IMG/VR virus record: IMGVR_UViG_3300025536_000007
Coordinates: 1-36,598 of that record
DNA length: 36,598 bases
Origin: a virus
Strand: one strand, 5' to 3'
Below, in pieces: positions 34,267 through 36,598 of the stretch (within the stretch, counting starts at the first letter, position 1; every line of letters starts with the position of its first letter). The translations under genes and the position numbers were made by a program. The notes under the pieces are model-generated. The model was not told the DNA's origin. It worked only from the letters and a program-made list of their open reading frames with translations, and did not search any database.

Positions 34267-34616
34267 ATATTCCGACCTCTCTCCGAACCTACGACACCGA
34301 ATTACGTTACCAAGAAGACAAACAGGCAGCTCGCACAGTACCACTAGAGGACGAGCCAGCCATCCAAGAGTGGGAGCGTTGGAGGTTGATTACCAACCGT
34401 TACCCCTATGACGCAGTGTTTTCTAAGCACGATATGTTGATACCAACCGAAGGTTACTGGCAAACAGTTAAAGATGACGACCTCCATTCGATACTAGAGG
34501 AGATTGCCGCTGAGTACGATTTTTACTTCGTGAATTTTCCACACCGACAATCTATAAAAAACCTGCTTCACATTCATTTAGTGAAGCACAAGTCACGAGA
34601 GGAAATGAAGTTTTGA
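34263..34616 (+). CDS. HIT-like (histidine-triad-type) nucleotide hydrolase/transferase candidate
   Basis: 117 aa. LITNRYPYDAVFSKHDMLIP resembles the N-x-y-P-Y...H-x-L-v-x-P HIT segment, and LLHIHLV is a partial H-x-H-x-h triad. Confidence 0.35.
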   Translation: MNIPTSLRTYDTELRYQEDKQAARTVPLEDEPAIQEWERWRLITNRYPYDAVFSKHDMLIPTEGYWQTVKDDDLHSILEEIAAEYDFYFVNFPHRQSIKNLLHIHLVKHKSREEMKF

Positions 34617-34888
34617 CGGCTCTCAACCCTTGGGAAGACCACACCAGTACTGAGTGGATGGATGGTATTCGCACCGAGGAGGATTACATAAATCGCTATA
34701 AAATGGTGATTCTCTGTGCTGATTGCAATGAATGGCATCACTTTGAGCGCGACCCAAGCACATTCTTGGCTGTTGACGGTCAGGTTTGTGCCTGTGGTAG
34801 CACTCGGTTCATAGGCAGCACTATCATCAGTGAGCGAACATGGTCGCCAGACAAGAAGCCAAAGTTGCCGAAATCACGGCGCAGGTGA
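34613..34888 (+). CDS. Zinc-ribbon protein, unknown function
   Basis: 91 aa. The TTG start overlaps the upstream TGA, and an in-frame ATG at 34658 is an alternative. It contains CADCNEWHHF...CACGSTRF. Confidence 0.4.
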   Translation: MTALNPWEDHTSTEWMDGIRTEEDYINRYKMVILCADCNEWHHFERDPSTFLAVDGQVCACGSTRFIGSTIISERTWSPDKKPKLPKSRRR

Positions 34889-34953
34889 TAAAATAAACAT
34901 GTGTGGGATGTAGTCGCAGAGGTGTGACTAAACGGCAGTCTGACTGACCGCTC

Positions 34954-34990
34954 AAAATAAGCCTCAACTCGCAAGGGGCTTATTTTTATT
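34954..34990 (+). terminator. Rho-independent terminator ending the plus arm (A-run/U-run flanked, potentially bidirectional)
   Basis: Reads aaaATAAGCCTC-aactcgcaa-GGGGCTTATttttattt, a 9-bp stem including one G-U pair. Confidence 0.75.
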
Positions 34991-35121
34991 TGATATAATA
35001 GTAAGTGCATGAGTTGAAGAAAAAGGCGCAAGCCAGAAAACAAAAAGTCTGCACTTGAACACGTTAAACTAAAGTTTGAGCTTCTTCCTTCTGAGAAAAA
35101 AGTTAGAGCCCAAATTCGTAG

Positions 35122-35156
35122 GCATAAAGAAAAGCTCCGCCGTAAAAAGCGGAGCT
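35122..35156 (-). terminator. Rho-independent terminator ending the minus arm (after the holin)
   Basis: The minus strand reads AGCTCCGC-tttttacg-GCGGAGCT followed by tttctttat, 27 nt after the holin stop. Confidence 0.7.
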
Positions 35157-35182
35157 AAGTATTTTACGACATAGCGTTTTTG

Positions 35183-35452
35183 TTACTGAGGTGGTAGTGG
35201 GGTCGTCCCCTGACCAATCTTTTGGAAGCCAGTAACCAAACCTGATGCCGAAAGACCGATTACAAGCCCTGCAACACCACCGACTACTGGGACTAGGAAC
35301 TCTCCACCGAGTCCACCTATACAGGTAGAAACAATGATTATGACAACCGCTTTCCAGTTTCGTGCGAAGGCTTGCTTCACGAGCTCTGTGCCACCAATCG
35401 CTAGAAAGGTTAGTACTGCTACTGCTATTGTTGGGTCGCTTACATCGAACAT
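35183..35452 (-). CDS. Holin
   Basis: 89 aa with three hydrophobic segments (IAVAVLTFLAIGG, VVIIIVSTCIGGLGG, VVGGVAGLVIGLSASGLV). It lies directly downstream of the endolysin. RBS taaggagaataatATG. Confidence 0.7.
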   Translation of the reverse strand: MFDVSDPTIAVAVLTFLAIGGTELVKQAFARNWKAVVIIIVSTCIGGLGGEFLVPVVGGVAGLVIGLSASGLVTGFQKIGQGTTPLPPQ

Positions 35453-35462
35453 ATTATTCTCC

Positions 35463-36122
35463 TTATATTTTTTTTCTTAAATCTAGGAACTGTCGCTCGT
35501 CTGTAGTACAGCTGTTCTTTTTCAACTCAGCAATTTGAGCCCTTAGAGCTGGCACTTGACTTTGTGAGCTCCAGAACTGCACAAAGGCATTTAGGTTAGC
35601 GTCAGTTGCCTCCAACCCTGTGAATCGGTAATTATAGTTTGAGCCTGGTCGTGAGCCAGTAACCCCAATTGACAGTTCTTGTTCTTGTTCTTTTGTTATT
35701 TTCGCCATAGCACTCTCCTTTATCCATTTATCAAAATTTATAAACTGCTGACCCTGTGAAATTGGTCGGGTGTTTTTCGTTGTGTAAAGCGCCTTTGCGC
35801 CGTTTGACTCATAGTTGGCTTCGCCCTGAAGGTCAATCCAAATGTGACCATAGTGAACGCCGTCAATGTAGCCCATGTCACGGTTGACGACTATAGTGAG
35901 CCATCCCTTGCCGCTTGTACCAAGTCCTTCGCGAAGGTAGGTGTCGCCAGCGTTGATAGCGTCACCTCGAGCCTTATAGGGCTCTGGCACACCAAGAAAC
36001 TCCATGAGCGCTTTGGTCAGCGTTACACACTGCCCATTTAGCTTAGGATAGCCAGGATGAGGTACGATTTTACCAACTTGGCTATCAAGAAATGCGCGGA
36101 CTTCAGCTTTCGTTCGAGCCAT
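35463..36122 (-). CDS. Endolysin, N-terminal CHAP domain plus C-terminal putative wall-binding region
   Basis: The catalytic Cys context NGQCVTL and His context HYGHIWIDL are spaced as in CHAP amidase/peptidases. RBS ggaggacgaaaATG. Confidence 0.75.
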   Translation of the reverse strand: MARTKAEVRAFLDSQVGKIVPHPGYPKLNGQCVTLTKALMEFLGVPEPYKARGDAINAGDTYLREGLGTSGKGWLTIVVNRDMGYIDGVHYGHIWIDLQGEANYESNGAKALYTTKNTRPISQGQQFINFDKWIKESAMAKITKEQEQELSIGVTGSRPGSNYNYRFTGLEATDANLNAFVQFWSSQSQVPALRAQIAELKKNSCTTDERQFLDLRKKI

Positions 36123-36204
36123 TTTCGTCCTCCGTCATCACTTCAGATTCAGGCACATAGACTGCCTTGGCTTTTTTACTAATTTCTGGGTCGTCTGTTG
36201 CCAT
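36103..36204 (-). CDS. Possible 33-aa acidic peptide overlapping the endolysin start
   Basis: My own translation gives MATDDPEISKKAKAVYVPESEVMTEDENGSNES*. It has a strong RBS (aaaggagaaaatcaacaATG) and overlaps the endolysin ATG by 20 nt in another frame. Confidence 0.3.
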   Translation of the reverse strand: MATDDPEISKKAKAVYVPESEVMTEDENGSNES

Positions 36205-36240
36205 TGTTGATTTTCTCCTTTATGGCTTCAATTATACCAC

Positions 36241-36598
36241 TTATTTGTTTATTTCTGTATCACAGTCACGCGCTGCAAAAGTTTTATCAACAAAATCTTG
36301 GAATGAATCTACTCTGTTGGTCTGCTCTTGTGTGCGTGGCTCACTAAGGGTGAGTGATATAACGTAAGCCCATAACTCACGTTGATTCTTACGAGAATCA
36401 TTAGCGGTTTCACAATTCCGAATAAGAGCGGCTTTAGTGGTCTCACTTTGATTTGCTAGTTGATGAGTCCGAACAGTGATATAGCCGAAACCAAAAGTCA
36501 GTAGAACGTCAAAAGCAACCGTAACGGCTAGAAGAACTACCTGTCGAGATTGTTTCTTATCGGCACGAGCCAGTGCTTCCACCTGGAGGTCTATGGGG
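36241..36598 (-). CDS. Junction-spanning type-II membrane protein (3' part; the true ATG maps to position 177 of the other repeat copy; about 135 aa)
   Basis: It contains the TM helix VVLLAVTVAFDVLLTFGFGYITV followed by a Cys-containing ectodomain. The frame stays open to the window end and continues through the 127-bp overlap. Confidence 0.55.
   Translation of the reverse strand, partial: PIDLQVEALARADKKQSRQVVLLAVTVAFDVLLTFGFGYITVRTHQLANQSETTKAALIRNCETANDSRKNQRELWAYVISLTLSEPRTQEQTNRVDSFQDFVDKTFAARDCDTEINK
36472..36598. repeat. Terminal overlap copy 2 (identical to 1..127)
   Basis: Direct base-by-base comparison with 1-127. Confidence 0.9.

Noticed and set aside
34780-35043. An 87-aa minus-strand ORF spanning the convergent terminator region.
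   Set aside because: It overlaps the 3' end of a plus-strand gene and runs through the terminator hairpin. It has no RBS and is not contiguous with the minus-arm operon, which ends at 35183.

Overview
The window is a complete, circularly closed genome of a virulent, podovirus-like dsDNA phage. Bases 1-127 are identical to 36472-36598, so the unique length is about 36,471 bp. The code is standard. AAGGAG-type Shine-Dalgarno sites, TG-extended -10 promoters and a CHAP endolysin plus holin with no spanins point to a monoderm, Firmicutes-like host; the host cannot be named from sequence alone. I found no integrase, repressor, tRNA, CRISPR array or reverse transcriptase.

Two divergent arms leave a roughly 1.1-kb gene-free control region (23530-24659).

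- Plus arm (24.1-34.9 kb): small early genes, then a Gram-positive-phage type recombination/replication module. It contains a Gp157-like protein, SNF2 helicase, YqaJ exonuclease, AAA_24/Sak4-like ATPase, an SSB-like protein, VRR-NUC, a DEDDh exonuclease, PrimPol and a HIT-like protein.
- Minus arm (23.5 kb down to 0.17 kb, then across the contig junction to 35.18 kb): an HNH nuclease, a D5/P4-type helicase, TerS and TerL, scaffold-like acidic proteins, and the major capsid protein. A nitroreductase plus glycosyltransferase-like moron follows, then a 1555-aa virion protein, portal, adaptor, two tail-collar fibres, a nozzle-like protein, membrane coiled-coil proteins, endolysin and holin.
- The arms converge on back-to-back terminators at 34.95-35.16 kb.

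The ORF track does not explain these signals:

1. A ~485-nt ORF-poor, strongly self-complementary leader/ncRNA (24175-24659) sits behind the first early promoter. It is bracketed by a duplicated copy of a leader motif that all three early promoters share, and it carries five (A)GCAACG repeats.
2. A ~250-nt two-domain structured intergenic element lies at 31861-32110. Each domain is closed by an 18-20 bp long-range helix.
3. The control region is AT-rich and iteron-rich, with a G-quadruplex-type tract.
4. Two genes have apparently leaderless starts.
5. The primase and helicase are split onto opposite strands.
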